DNA of 64,000 nucleotides from assembly GCA_029256705.1 (NCBI GenBank), contig JAQSXK010000002.1, positions 55,542-119,541 on the forward strand, given 5' to 3'. The notes under the pieces are model-generated. The model saw only the letters and a list, made by a program, of their open reading frames with translations. It ran no database searches and was not told the origin of the DNA. Shown here piece by piece: positions 20,935 through 30,336 of the stretch. Made by a program: the position numbers and the translations under genes. The first letter of the stretch is position 1; each line of letters starts with the position of its first letter. This DNA is from Clostridia bacterium (GTDB taxonomy: Bacteria > Bacillota > Clostridia > TANB77 > CAG-465).

Positions 20935-21597
20935 TTAACCTCTTTTATTTTTATACATAATATTATCTGCCTTAATTAAAAGTTCTTCAACTGTAGAAAC
21001 AAAGTCATTATCAACGACACCCATTGTAAAAGATATCTTTAATGATTTATTAGATATTACCTTTACATCTTCTTCAGTTATTTTCCATATATTTTCTAAA
21101 CAACTTTCTCTTTCTAACTTATCCTTTATTATAACGATGAATTCGTCTCCTCCAATTCGATAACCAACTACTTTTTGAGATTTAAGTAGACAAATCCTTC
21201 TTGAAAACTCATTTATAAGCATATCTCCTGCGGTATGTCCATAGCTATCATTAACGACTTTTAAATTATTAAAATCAATATAACACAATGTAAATTCACT
21301 ATTATTGCTAATTAAATCATTTAAATCTATAAATAACTTCCGCCTACTATATAGTCCAGTCATATATTCAAAATTAAGTTTCTTATTGAACAATTTTGTC
21401 AAGCCATGAATTGCTATTACAAATATAGTAATAGCAATAATTGTTTTTATAGTTATAGCTAAATAAATACTATCCAAATTATCTATTTGACTTCCAATAA
21501 TTTTTAATTCACAAGCATCAATGAATATAATACAGAGCAATCCAATTACAAAATTTACACTTATAATTTTTAAAATCCTTTTTTCATCATCACACAT
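20935..21597 (-). CDS. membrane-anchored diguanylate cyclase (GGDEF domain)
   Basis: Two N-terminal TM helices; RIGGDEF active-site motif (VVGYRIGGDEFIVII). Confidence 0.85.
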   Translation of the reverse strand: MCDDEKRILKIISVNFVIGLLCIIFIDACELKIIGSQIDNLDSIYLAITIKTIIAITIFVIAIHGLTKLFNKKLNFEYMTGLYSRRKLFIDLNDLISNNSEFTLCYIDFNNLKVVNDSYGHTAGDMLINEFSRRICLLKSQKVVGYRIGGDEFIVIIKDKLERESCLENIWKITEEDVKVISNKSLKISFTMGVVDNDFVSTVEELLIKADNIMYKNKRG

Positions 21598-21790
21598 TAA
21601 TATTCCCCCTACATTAGTATTTTTTGTATTAACATTTAATTAAATGCTAATATATATTTTTCGTTGCTTATATATTATATCATAAAATTAAGACGATTTC
21701 ATCAACTAAAGCTAAATTGGCATATATTCCCTCAGTGCTCTGCACTAATGTTACTTTTATTAGAAATATAAAATTGAAAAATACATGGCA

Positions 21791-21826
21791 AAAAAAGTGG
21801 ATAAATAAAACTTAACCCACTTTTCC
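21791..21826 (-). terminator. putative rho-independent terminator after the DUF3137-LemA operon
   Basis: AAAAAAGTGG ... CCACTTTT stem-loop followed by T-rich tract. Confidence 0.45.
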
Positions 21827-21844
21827 TTATTATTTAATTATATA

Positions 21845-22756
21845 CTATGATATTTTTTCATCTAAATCCAAATAACTTATGGTATCAATAATTGTTAAAA
21901 TATCATTTATTTCTCTTGCTATATTCATCATGTCAATTTTTTTAGAAAATAAAGCGCTATCATTTATGAGCTGAAGACCACTAATTGCAATATATATATT
22001 GTTATTTTTAAATGAAATTTTAATCCTCCTATTTAGTTTATTTGTAGCATATAGTAATTTTTCCATGAAAGTTAATGTTATTATTTTCCTTGCATATATT
22101 TGATCTGAGCAATATACATCATATTCGTTCTCAAATTCAATATTTTCCAAATTGACCTTATCTTCATTTGCAAATAAAGTTTTTATTATTCCAAAATCTT
22201 TTGATGTATTATATACAATTTTCATATCACTTTGCAATTTTTTGTCTAATACAATATTTAAAAATATACCAGAAAATACGGTATGTCTATTTTTACCACT
22301 GCCAGTTTGAACTTCTAACTCACACATTTTAACATCTTTATCAAATATTTTTGTAGATAGACAATCCTGTGGTGAATATGAACAGTTAGAAGAAGTAAAT
22401 AAATTTGAATCGATAAATTTATCTCTTGAAATTCTCATTACATCATCGTAAATTAGATTGCTGTCTATACTTTTAAATAATGTTGGAAAAATAGTTCTCT
22501 TAGCCTTATTAGTAAAATTTCTTATAACTGCGCCACATAAAAATGCTGCTATAACTATAACATATATAAATAATTTAGTACTCTCAGTATTTGATGATAT
22601 TACCGCTGCGTATAAAAAAAATTCTATAGCAATAGCTATTATAATAATTATAGCCATCTTCATACGTACAGTTACCTTATCATTTTCAAATTCTTCTTCT
22701 AAAGGCTTCACCTTTTCATAATACACTTTTTGAAAATTTTCTAAATCAATATACAT
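21845..22756 (-). CDS. DUF3137-like membrane protein (LemA partner)
   Basis: Two N-terminal TM helices, about 300 aa, immediately downstream (5-bp gap) of a LemA gene, a conserved pairing. Confidence 0.45.
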   Translation of the reverse strand: MYIDLENFQKVYYEKVKPLEEEFENDKVTVRMKMAIIIIIAIAIEFFLYAAVISSNTESTKLFIYVIVIAAFLCGAVIRNFTNKAKRTIFPTLFKSIDSNLIYDDVMRISRDKFIDSNLFTSSNCSYSPQDCLSTKIFDKDVKMCELEVQTGSGKNRHTVFSGIFLNIVLDKKLQSDMKIVYNTSKDFGIIKTLFANEDKVNLENIEFENEYDVYCSDQIYARKIITLTFMEKLLYATNKLNRRIKISFKNNNIYIAISGLQLINDSALFSKKIDMMNIAREINDILTIIDTISYLDLDEKIS

Positions 22757-22760
22757 ATTT

Positions 22761-23303
22761 TTACCTCAACTTTATATTAACATTTTCAGTATCTTTAGTT
22801 TCAAATAAACTAATTTCATTAAATCCCATCAACGTTGCAAATATATTACTAGGAAAAACTTTAATATTTATATTATACTCAGTGGCAGCTGCATTAAATG
22901 TTCTTCTAGCTGCTGCTACTTCATCTTCTGTATCTATAATAGCTGTTTGAAGTTTTAAAAAATTCTCACTTGACTTTAACTCCGGATAACCTTCACTTAG
23001 AGCAAAAATTTTATTCATATCTGATGAAATATCTTTATCTATTTTAATTTTTTTATCAATTGATACTCCATTTTCAAGTGCCTGAGTCCTAAGTTCAGTT
23101 ACCTTTATAAGAACACTTTCTTCGTGGTCCATATAACCTTTTACAGTTTCTACTAAATTAGGTATTAAGTCATACCTTCTCTTTAAAATAACGTCTGTAC
23201 TTGAAAAAGCATTATTAACAATACTTCTAAGTCTAATTAAATTATTATATAAAAATATAACTAGAATAATTATTAAAATTAAAATACCTACAAATATTTC
23301 CAT
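22761..23303 (-). CDS. lemA: LemA family protein
   Basis: N-terminal TM then NNAFSSTDVILKRRYDLIPNLVETVKGYMDHE, typical LemA core. Confidence 0.8.
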   Translation of the reverse strand: MEIFVGILILIIILVIFLYNNLIRLRSIVNNAFSSTDVILKRRYDLIPNLVETVKGYMDHEESVLIKVTELRTQALENGVSIDKKIKIDKDISSDMNKIFALSEGYPELKSSENFLKLQTAIIDTEDEVAAARRTFNAAATEYNINIKVFPSNIFATLMGFNEISLFETKDTENVNIKLR

Positions 23304-23539
23304 AATATCTCCTCCTAAATTTTTAAAATATAACCATATTTTACATTAATTAAAATTATATAATATGTTTATTTAAATGTCAATATTAAATCATTATATA
23401 TTAGAAATATATATTTTTATGTCGAATTCATATATACATTATTACATTTATTCAATAATAATATAGACCTATAGCCGTAATTTGCTTTACAATTTGACAT
23501 AAGTATGATATAATATATATGTTAAATAAAACCTAAGGA

Positions 23540-24046
23540 GTGGTCCTAATGTATTTCTCTGATGATCTTCGGATTAAACTTTCAAAAAAATTTTCTTTCG
23601 ATTTGGAGCATTACGTTTGGAATGATGAATTAAACGATTATCTCATGAATATAAAACTCAGCAATAATGAAGATTTAGTTCAAACAATGCGCCAAGTCTA
23701 TGAATTTGGGTATAATATTGGTCACTGCGGTCTTACTTCAAGATATTTTGCAATTGCTTTAAAAAAAGCAGAACTTGCATATGGAACATTACCAATATTA
23801 ATTGGTACAAAAGGTTCGAAAAATGGTAACCATGCTTGGATTATTAACGAAGGATATGTAATTGACTCAACTTTAAGGTTAATGATTCCTGAAGAAATTG
23901 CTCCTAGTCTAGGTTATGTTACTGAAAAAATATTAGCCTATGACTCCGCAAGAATGTTGTCTGAATATGAACTATTTTCCAGATCAGCATCAGAACGTAA
24001 CAATAATTTATCCAAATACTATCAAAGCTTATTTAAAATTGAATAG
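23540..24046 (+). CDS. transglutaminase-like / papain-fold cysteine peptidase domain protein (putative)
   Basis: GHCGLTSRYFAIAL (Cys) ... NHAWIINEGYVIDST (His, Asp) arranged like the Cys-His-Asp triad of transglutaminase-like enzymes. Confidence 0.4.
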   Translation: MVLMYFSDDLRIKLSKKFSFDLEHYVWNDELNDYLMNIKLSNNEDLVQTMRQVYEFGYNIGHCGLTSRYFAIALKKAELAYGTLPILIGTKGSKNGNHAWIINEGYVIDSTLRLMIPEEIAPSLGYVTEKILAYDSARMLSEYELFSRSASERNNNLSKYYQSLFKIE

Positions 24047-24053
24047 AAAAAAT

Positions 24054-24086
24054 GTATCCGCCAAAATTTGGCGGATACATTTTTTA
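24054..24086. terminator. bidirectional rho-independent terminator between the 168-aa gene and leuS
   Basis: GTATCCGCCAAA-att-TTGGCGGATAC perfect stem followed by TTTTTT. Confidence 0.65.
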
Positions 24087-24120
24087 TTATTATACTATTT
24101 AATTATTTTGCCTTATACTT

Positions 24121-26961
24121 TTATATAACTACATTAATTACTCTTCCTTTTACAACAATAACCTTTTTTACTTCTTTATCTAGTGTGTATTGTTTTAATC
24201 TTTCATCTTGTCTAACTATTTTTTCAATTTCTATTTCATTAAAGTTATTATCTACAGTTACTTTAAATCTTACAGTTCCGTTAATTAAAACAGCCATTTC
24301 TATTTCTTCTGCTACCATTTTGTTTTCATCATATTCTGGCCAAGGAGTTGTAAAAATATAATTTTCTAATTGTAGTAATTCCCATAGTTCTTCGGTTGTA
24401 TGAGGAGCTACTGGATTTAAAACTTGCAAGAATGGTTTTATATACTTTATATCTATTTTTTCTTGTTTATATAACAAATTAACATATGACATCATACATG
24501 CAATAGCAGTATTATATTTCATTTCTTCGTAATCACAAGTTACCTTTTTAATCATTATGTTCATTTCTCTATCTAATTCTTTAGAATCTAATTTTTCGTT
24601 AGTTACCATATCTTTAAGTCTCATAACTCTATCTAAGAATTTTTTAGCACCCTTTACACCATTTTCAGACCAAGGAGCACTTTGTGAATATTCACCAATA
24701 AACAATATATACGTTCTTAAAGTATCTGCACCATACTCTTTTATTATATCATCAGGATTTACAACATTACCTTTAGATTTAGACATTTTATCTCCATCTG
24801 GTCCAAGTATTAATCCTTGTGTTGTTCTTTTAGCATATGGTTCTTTTGTAGGTACAACACCTATATCATATAAAAATCTATGCCAAAATCTTGAATAAAT
24901 TAAATGTCTTGTTACATGTTCCATTCCACCATTGTACCAATCAACTGGTAACCAATATTTTAATTTATCTGCTGACGCTAAACTATCATTGTTTTTAGGG
25001 TCAATATACCTTAAATAGTACCAACTAGAGCCAGCCCATTGTGGCATTGTATCTGTTTCTCTCTTTGCACTACCTCCACATTTTGGGCATGTAGTGTTTA
25101 CCCATGAATCAATTTTAGCTAGTGGAGATTCACCGTCCTCACCTGGCATGAAATCTTTAATTTCTGGTAATGTAAGTGGTAAATCTTTTTCATTCATTGG
25201 AACTAATCCACATTTATCACATTTTACTATTGGTACAGGCTCTCCCCAGTATCTTTGCCTTGCAAAAGCCCAATCTTTCATATGGTAATTAGTTTTTGGT
25301 GTCCCTAATTTATTTTTAGCTAAGAATTCGTTAATTTTAACAGTTGCCTCTTTAACATTTAGTCCATTTAAAAATTCAGAGTTTATGAATATACCATCAC
25401 CTAAGTATGGTCTTGCTCCATTTACACAAATATCAAATACTAATTTATGATGTTCTTTATTAATAGTTTCAAACATTTCCTCTTTAGAAAGCCAAACATT
25501 ATCTACTAACTTCTTCTCATCTTCACTTATTTCTACCTGTTTATCACTAGCAAGTTCTACAAATACATCTTTTTGATGAACCACTTTATTTACACCTTTA
25601 TGGGATGCACAAAAATGATCAAAATGTTCAAATGGTATATAACTTACGTTTTTAATATCTATATAACCTGTTTCTTCTTTTACTTCTCTTACAGCTGTTT
25701 CTAATGCAGTTTCTCCTGGTTCAATTCCACCTGTAATTAAATTTTTCCAATCATAATCTTTCCACATAGAACAAATATATTTTTCTTCGCTCCAATGTTT
25801 TACAACAATAAGTACACCATTTCCTTCTTTGTTTGGCATACCTTCTTTAGGCGGATTAGTAGGATCTATGTAATCCATAGCTATTACTGGTTTAATATCT
25901 ATATTAAATTTTTTAGCAAAATCAAAATCTCTTTCATCATGAGCAGGAACTGCCATAATAGCTCCTGTTCCATATCCAAGCATAACGTAATCTGCAACCA
26001 GCAAAGCAATCTTCTCATTTGTTACAGGATTGATACAACTAATACCTTCTACTTTAACTCCTGTCTTTTCTTTAACAAGTTTTGTTCTTTCAAATTCAGA
26101 TTTTTCCGCTGCTTTTTTTCTATATTCAACTATTTCATCAAAGTTAGTAATTTTATCTTTAAGTTCATCTAATAATCTATGTTCTGGAGCAATTGCCATA
26201 TATGTAACACCAAAAATTGTATCTGGTCTTGTTGTATATATTTTTAATTTTTTATCTGTTCCTTCAATGCCGAAATCTACTTCTGCCCCATATGATCTAC
26301 CAATCCAATTTTCCTGCTCTATTTTAACTCTATCTGAAAAGTCTAAATTACCTAATTCATCTAGTAATTTATCTGCATAGTCTGTTATTTTAAGCATCCA
26401 AACTTCTTTCTCTTTTTGGATAATTTGGCTATCACATCTATCACATATTCCACCTTGAGATTCTTCATTTGCAAGTATTACTCTACATTTTGGGCAATAA
26501 TTTACATATGTCTTATCCTTATATGCCATTCCATGCTCAAATAATTTTAAAAATATCCATTGTGTCCATTTGAAATATTCTGGAGTTGTTGTATCTACTA
26601 CTCTATCCCAATCAAATGAAAGTCCAAAAGATTTCAATTGCTTAGTAAATATTTCAATGTTGTTATCTGTTACAGTTCTTGGATGTATACCCGTTTTCAT
26701 TGCATAATTTTCTGTAGGAAGTCCAAATGCATCAAAACCAATAGGAAATAACACATTATATCCTTTCATTCTTTTCATTCTAGATATAACTTCCATACCC
26801 ATAAAAGCTCTAGCGTGTCCTACATGTAGTCCTGCACCAGAAGGATATGGAAATTCTATTAATGAATAAAACTTCTTCTTACTTGTGTCATCTACTGCAC
26901 AAAAACATTTCTCTTTTTCCCAAACATCTTGCCACTTCTTATCTATTTTTTTATCATACAT
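24121..26961 (-). CDS. leuS: leucyl-tRNA synthetase with an in-frame Nudix-domain insertion
   Basis: HIGH (HVGHA), CP1 editing domain (GTGAIMAVPAHDERDFDFAKKF), KMSKS (DKMSKSKGN), anticodon-binding C-terminus; 946 aa versus about 805-860 aa for typical bacterial LeuS because of an inserted segment with a Nudix box. Confidence 0.95.
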   Translation of the reverse strand: MYDKKIDKKWQDVWEKEKCFCAVDDTSKKKFYSLIEFPYPSGAGLHVGHARAFMGMEVISRMKRMKGYNVLFPIGFDAFGLPTENYAMKTGIHPRTVTDNNIEIFTKQLKSFGLSFDWDRVVDTTTPEYFKWTQWIFLKLFEHGMAYKDKTYVNYCPKCRVILANEESQGGICDRCDSQIIQKEKEVWMLKITDYADKLLDELGNLDFSDRVKIEQENWIGRSYGAEVDFGIEGTDKKLKIYTTRPDTIFGVTYMAIAPEHRLLDELKDKITNFDEIVEYRKKAAEKSEFERTKLVKEKTGVKVEGISCINPVTNEKIALLVADYVMLGYGTGAIMAVPAHDERDFDFAKKFNIDIKPVIAMDYIDPTNPPKEGMPNKEGNGVLIVVKHWSEEKYICSMWKDYDWKNLITGGIEPGETALETAVREVKEETGYIDIKNVSYIPFEHFDHFCASHKGVNKVVHQKDVFVELASDKQVEISEDEKKLVDNVWLSKEEMFETINKEHHKLVFDICVNGARPYLGDGIFINSEFLNGLNVKEATVKINEFLAKNKLGTPKTNYHMKDWAFARQRYWGEPVPIVKCDKCGLVPMNEKDLPLTLPEIKDFMPGEDGESPLAKIDSWVNTTCPKCGGSAKRETDTMPQWAGSSWYYLRYIDPKNNDSLASADKLKYWLPVDWYNGGMEHVTRHLIYSRFWHRFLYDIGVVPTKEPYAKRTTQGLILGPDGDKMSKSKGNVVNPDDIIKEYGADTLRTYILFIGEYSQSAPWSENGVKGAKKFLDRVMRLKDMVTNEKLDSKELDREMNIMIKKVTCDYEEMKYNTAIACMMSYVNLLYKQEKIDIKYIKPFLQVLNPVAPHTTEELWELLQLENYIFTTPWPEYDENKMVAEEIEMAVLINGTVRFKVTVDNNFNEIEIEKIVRQDERLKQYTLDKEVKKVIVVKGRVINVVI

Positions 26962-26980
26962 TATATATTATCTCTCCTTA

Positions 26981-28159
26981 CTAATTCATATTAACATATT
27001 TTTTATACTGTGAGTACATATATTTATCTGTCATACCAGCTATATAATCTATTACTTTTCTTTCGTCAGAATTATTTTCTAAATATTCACTATTCATATC
27101 ATTTAAAAATAACTTAAGTATATCATTTTCTTGCGTTTTTTCTTTAATAGCCTTTAGATATACATCAAATAATTTAGTAAACATTTCTCTATATAACTTT
27201 AAATTTTCGTCAGTATTAGCATTTATATATATATTATCATAATTGAATTTTTTTAATTTTTTAACTACATCATACATTTTTTCTGACATAGCTATATATG
27301 GTTTATTATAACTGTTATATATGACATCTAAAATAATATTATTCATTATATCTTTATTAGTACTACCGACCACTTCAACTATTTCTTTTGATATTTTGTC
27401 TTTTGAAAATGTTTTAATACTTTCAGCATCTTCTATATCTTTACCAACATATGCAATAATATCAGATAATCTAACAATACACCCTTCTAAAGTCATTGGT
27501 CTTAGTTTAGTTATATTATTTTCATTTTCATATAAACTAGTATATTCTTCTAAAAAACTTTCTTTAGTTTTATTTAATGGTCTATATTCATTTGAAACAA
27601 ATTCACCATTATGGCACATTATTCCATCTAAAACCTGAAGAGAAATATTTATTCCTCTACCGTTATTTTCCAAGTTCATTAAAGTTCTAACACTTTGAAC
27701 ATTATGCGCAAAAACCTTACCAGTTTTTTCAAGAGATATTTCATTAAGTATTTTTTCACCAGTATGTCCAAAAGGAACATGACCAATATCATGTCCAAGT
27801 GCTATAGCCTCGCATAAATCCTCATTAAGTCCCAATGCCCTTGATATAGTTCTAGCAGTTCTACTTACAAACTGCACATGAGTACTTCTTCTAGATATAT
27901 TATCTATATCCAAACTATATACTTGAGTTTTTCCCATATATCTTGTATATGCACTACTATGGACTATTTTATCTATATCTCTAGCAAATACAGTTCTAAT
28001 ACATGGAAGTTCTTCTCTAAATTTAATACTGTCACTACTTTTAGTAGCATATTGAGATAGTATTTCTTCATGCTTTAGCATTTGCTTTTTTATTATATCT
28101 TCTAAATTGTTTTCCATATTTTCACCTATAGGAACATCTTTATTCCATTTTTTATACAA
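26981..28159 (-). CDS. dGTPase-like HD-domain protein (deoxyguanosinetriphosphate triphosphohydrolase family)
   Basis: GHDIGHVPFGHTGE HD motif and overall dGTPase-like length; an alternative start MENNLEDII (28117) would remove the 34-nt overlap with the upstream gene. Confidence 0.8.
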   Translation of the reverse strand: MYKKWNKDVPIGENMENNLEDIIKKQMLKHEEILSQYATKSSDSIKFREELPCIRTVFARDIDKIVHSSAYTRYMGKTQVYSLDIDNISRRSTHVQFVSRTARTISRALGLNEDLCEAIALGHDIGHVPFGHTGEKILNEISLEKTGKVFAHNVQSVRTLMNLENNGRGINISLQVLDGIMCHNGEFVSNEYRPLNKTKESFLEEYTSLYENENNITKLRPMTLEGCIVRLSDIIAYVGKDIEDAESIKTFSKDKISKEIVEVVGSTNKDIMNNIILDVIYNSYNKPYIAMSEKMYDVVKKLKKFNYDNIYINANTDENLKLYREMFTKLFDVYLKAIKEKTQENDILKLFLNDMNSEYLENNSDERKVIDYIAGMTDKYMYSQYKKYVNMN

Positions 28160-29007
28160 GTAACTTCAAGTGGAAAATGTGGTCCTTCATCTCCATCAAC
28201 ATCAGGATCATCACAATTACCTTTTACCTTTGTTACTTTTAACCATCTTTCTTTTAAATATATTACATTCTTATCTGAAAAGTGATTTCCCGTAAGAATC
28301 TTAGCAAGTAATACACTAGCTTCATGAAATTTGCAATCTTTCACTATTATGATATCAAATAATCCATCTTGTATGCTAGGACTATCTGTGAATTTATCTA
28401 AACCACCAACACTGCTACCATTGAATATAAGAAATAATGATACTTTTTCTATTAAAATATCGTTTTCAGTTTCTATTTTTACATAGAATGGTCTAAATTT
28501 AATCATTTGAACCGCACCTGCAATAAAATAAGATATCTTACCTATTAAATTTTTAAGCACAACATCTACTTTTTGAGATGCATTTGTAAAAAGTCCTGCA
28601 GAACATACATTAATAAAATATTTATCATTAGCTAGACCAACGTCTACTTCTTGTATATTACCTGCTAATATCTTATCAATACATTTAGAAAAATTAGTAG
28701 GCATTTTTATATGTCTAGCAAAATCATTAGATGTACCCGCTGGTATTATCCCAAGTGGTACTTTTATATTGTTTTTCATCATAACATTTAAAACTCTATT
28801 TATTGTACCATCTCCACCAGCTACTACTATTCCATATGTATCTTCACCAACATCTTTTAAAAAATCATATAAATTAGTTTTTTTACCTGCTCTAAATATA
28901 GATACTTCAAAACCAGCATGCATAAATTTTTCAATGACAGTATCTAAAAAGTATTTGAATTTACTTTGACCAGCTACTGAATTATATATAAGTTTTATTT
29001 TCTTCAT
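28126..29007 (-). CDS. diacylglycerol kinase catalytic-domain family lipid kinase (YegS/DagK-like)
   Basis: VVAGGDGTINRV DAGK_cat motif and GTSNDFAR motif. Confidence 0.8.
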   Translation of the reverse strand: MKKIKLIYNSVAGQSKFKYFLDTVIEKFMHAGFEVSIFRAGKKTNLYDFLKDVGEDTYGIVVAGGDGTINRVLNVMMKNNIKVPLGIIPAGTSNDFARHIKMPTNFSKCIDKILAGNIQEVDVGLANDKYFINVCSAGLFTNASQKVDVVLKNLIGKISYFIAGAVQMIKFRPFYVKIETENDILIEKVSLFLIFNGSSVGGLDKFTDSPSIQDGLFDIIIVKDCKFHEASVLLAKILTGNHFSDKNVIYLKERWLKVTKVKGNCDDPDVDGDEGPHFPLEVTCIKNGIKMFL

Positions 29008-29028
29008 AAAATAATGACTCCCTCTAAC

Positions 29029-30120
29029 CTATTTATTTAATACAAATTCTGTTATTAATCTAGGAGAAACCTGTGAAGTAAATTTAGTTTCTAGATTAAA
29101 TAAATATACGCCTTTTTCATTTTCAAGTTTATAAAAAACTGTATTTTCAACTTTTTCTAAAATATCTACTGGCATAGATATTACTTTTTCAGTAGTTTTA
29201 TCATCTAAATTTATTTTCCATAAATTTCTTTTATCATCGGTGTTTATATAATATAAAATATTACCAATTGTAAAAACATATTTTGAACCATCAATATCCA
29301 AAATAGCACCAGTATCCGTAACAGATTTAATATCCGCAACCTTACCTATACCACTACCATCTTTATTAACGAAATATATTTTATTTCCATCAGCTTTATT
29401 TATAAAAAATATTTTAGTTTCATTTTGTATTATGTACGAAACATTTTCATTTCCTGTAAGAACTTTTTTATCTGTTCCATCTTTATTTATTTTAATTAAA
29501 GATTTTTTAGATGTCTCATCTATACATAAAAATAAATTCTTTTCGTCAACCAAAATTTCAGATACATTTTGTATACCTAGATCCTTTGATTCATTTGTAT
29601 TACTATCTATATATACTAATTTATTAGTACTACCAACTATAGCATAAATCTCATTATTATACATAGTATATTTTTGTACGTCTTTTTCATATACAATTGT
29701 TACTTCATTTGTTAATTTGTTTAATCTTGAAATAGATTTATCATTTATACCATATATATACTCACTAGTTGGCTTAATATGTGAAAATCCTAAATCTTTA
29801 TATACAAGTTTCTCTTCAAAACTATTGGATTTAATACTATTTAAAGAAGATTTTGGTGAATATGTGTATCCTACTGACATATAATACATATCGTAAACAG
29901 GTTGTTTATCAACATTTGCATCAGAAGAATATTTATAATTGTTCTCTTTATAATATATATAAAATTGTACAAATACATATAATATCAATACAGTAACAAA
30001 AAACATAACAATATATTTTTTCTTACTAGCAGTTTTAATTCCTATAGATTGTTTCTTCTTCTTTTTTAAATATTCTCTTCTAGATAACTTTTCTTCATCA
30101 CTTAAACTAAGTTTTTGCAT
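29029..30120 (-). CDS. membrane-anchored beta-propeller-like repeat protein (DUF5050-like)
   Basis: Charged N-terminus, one TM, then repeated beta-strand units (IYxIN.DG..LYKIN.DG motifs). Confidence 0.4.
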   Translation of the reverse strand: MQKLSLSDEEKLSRREYLKKKKKQSIGIKTASKKKYIVMFFVTVLILYVFVQFYIYYKENNYKYSSDANVDKQPVYDMYYMSVGYTYSPKSSLNSIKSNSFEEKLVYKDLGFSHIKPTSEYIYGINDKSISRLNKLTNEVTIVYEKDVQKYTMYNNEIYAIVGSTNKLVYIDSNTNESKDLGIQNVSEILVDEKNLFLCIDETSKKSLIKINKDGTDKKVLTGNENVSYIIQNETKIFFINKADGNKIYFVNKDGSGIGKVADIKSVTDTGAILDIDGSKYVFTIGNILYYINTDDKRNLWKINLDDKTTEKVISMPVDILEKVENTVFYKLENEKGVYLFNLETKFTSQVSPRLITEFVLNK

Positions 30121-30260
30121 ATTTACTCACCCTCACATCATGTTTGCAATATATTATACTATGAATGCAGCAAAAAGTAAATAAAAATGTTAAAATTATA
30201 TGATCTCATCATAATAATTATATTTATTTCGACATTTTTCAGCTTTTTAATAAAATTTTA

Positions 30261-30289
30261 TTGACTTTTTATGTTTTTTTAAGTATACT
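30261..30289 (+). promoter_or_regulatory. sigma-A promoter (TTGACT-17-TATACT) for pyk
   Basis: TTGACT at 30261-30266, 17-nt spacer, TATACT at 30284-30289; about 48 nt upstream of pyk with RBS AAGGAGTGA. Confidence 0.45.
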
Positions 30290-30336
30290 ATATATTGCTT
30301 AAATGCAAACTATATATAAAGGAGTGAATAATTGTT

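Noticed and set aside
23304-23539. TTGACA upstream of the transglutaminase-like gene as a promoter
   Set aside because: The nearest TATAAT is only 9 nt from the -35, which is an incompatible spacer; no convincing -10 lies at 16-18 nt
26962-27300. Possible T-box leader for leuS
   Set aside because: No T-box consensus (AGGGTGGNACCGCG) or terminator/antiterminator pair was seen, and the region is coding sequence of the dGTPase-like gene
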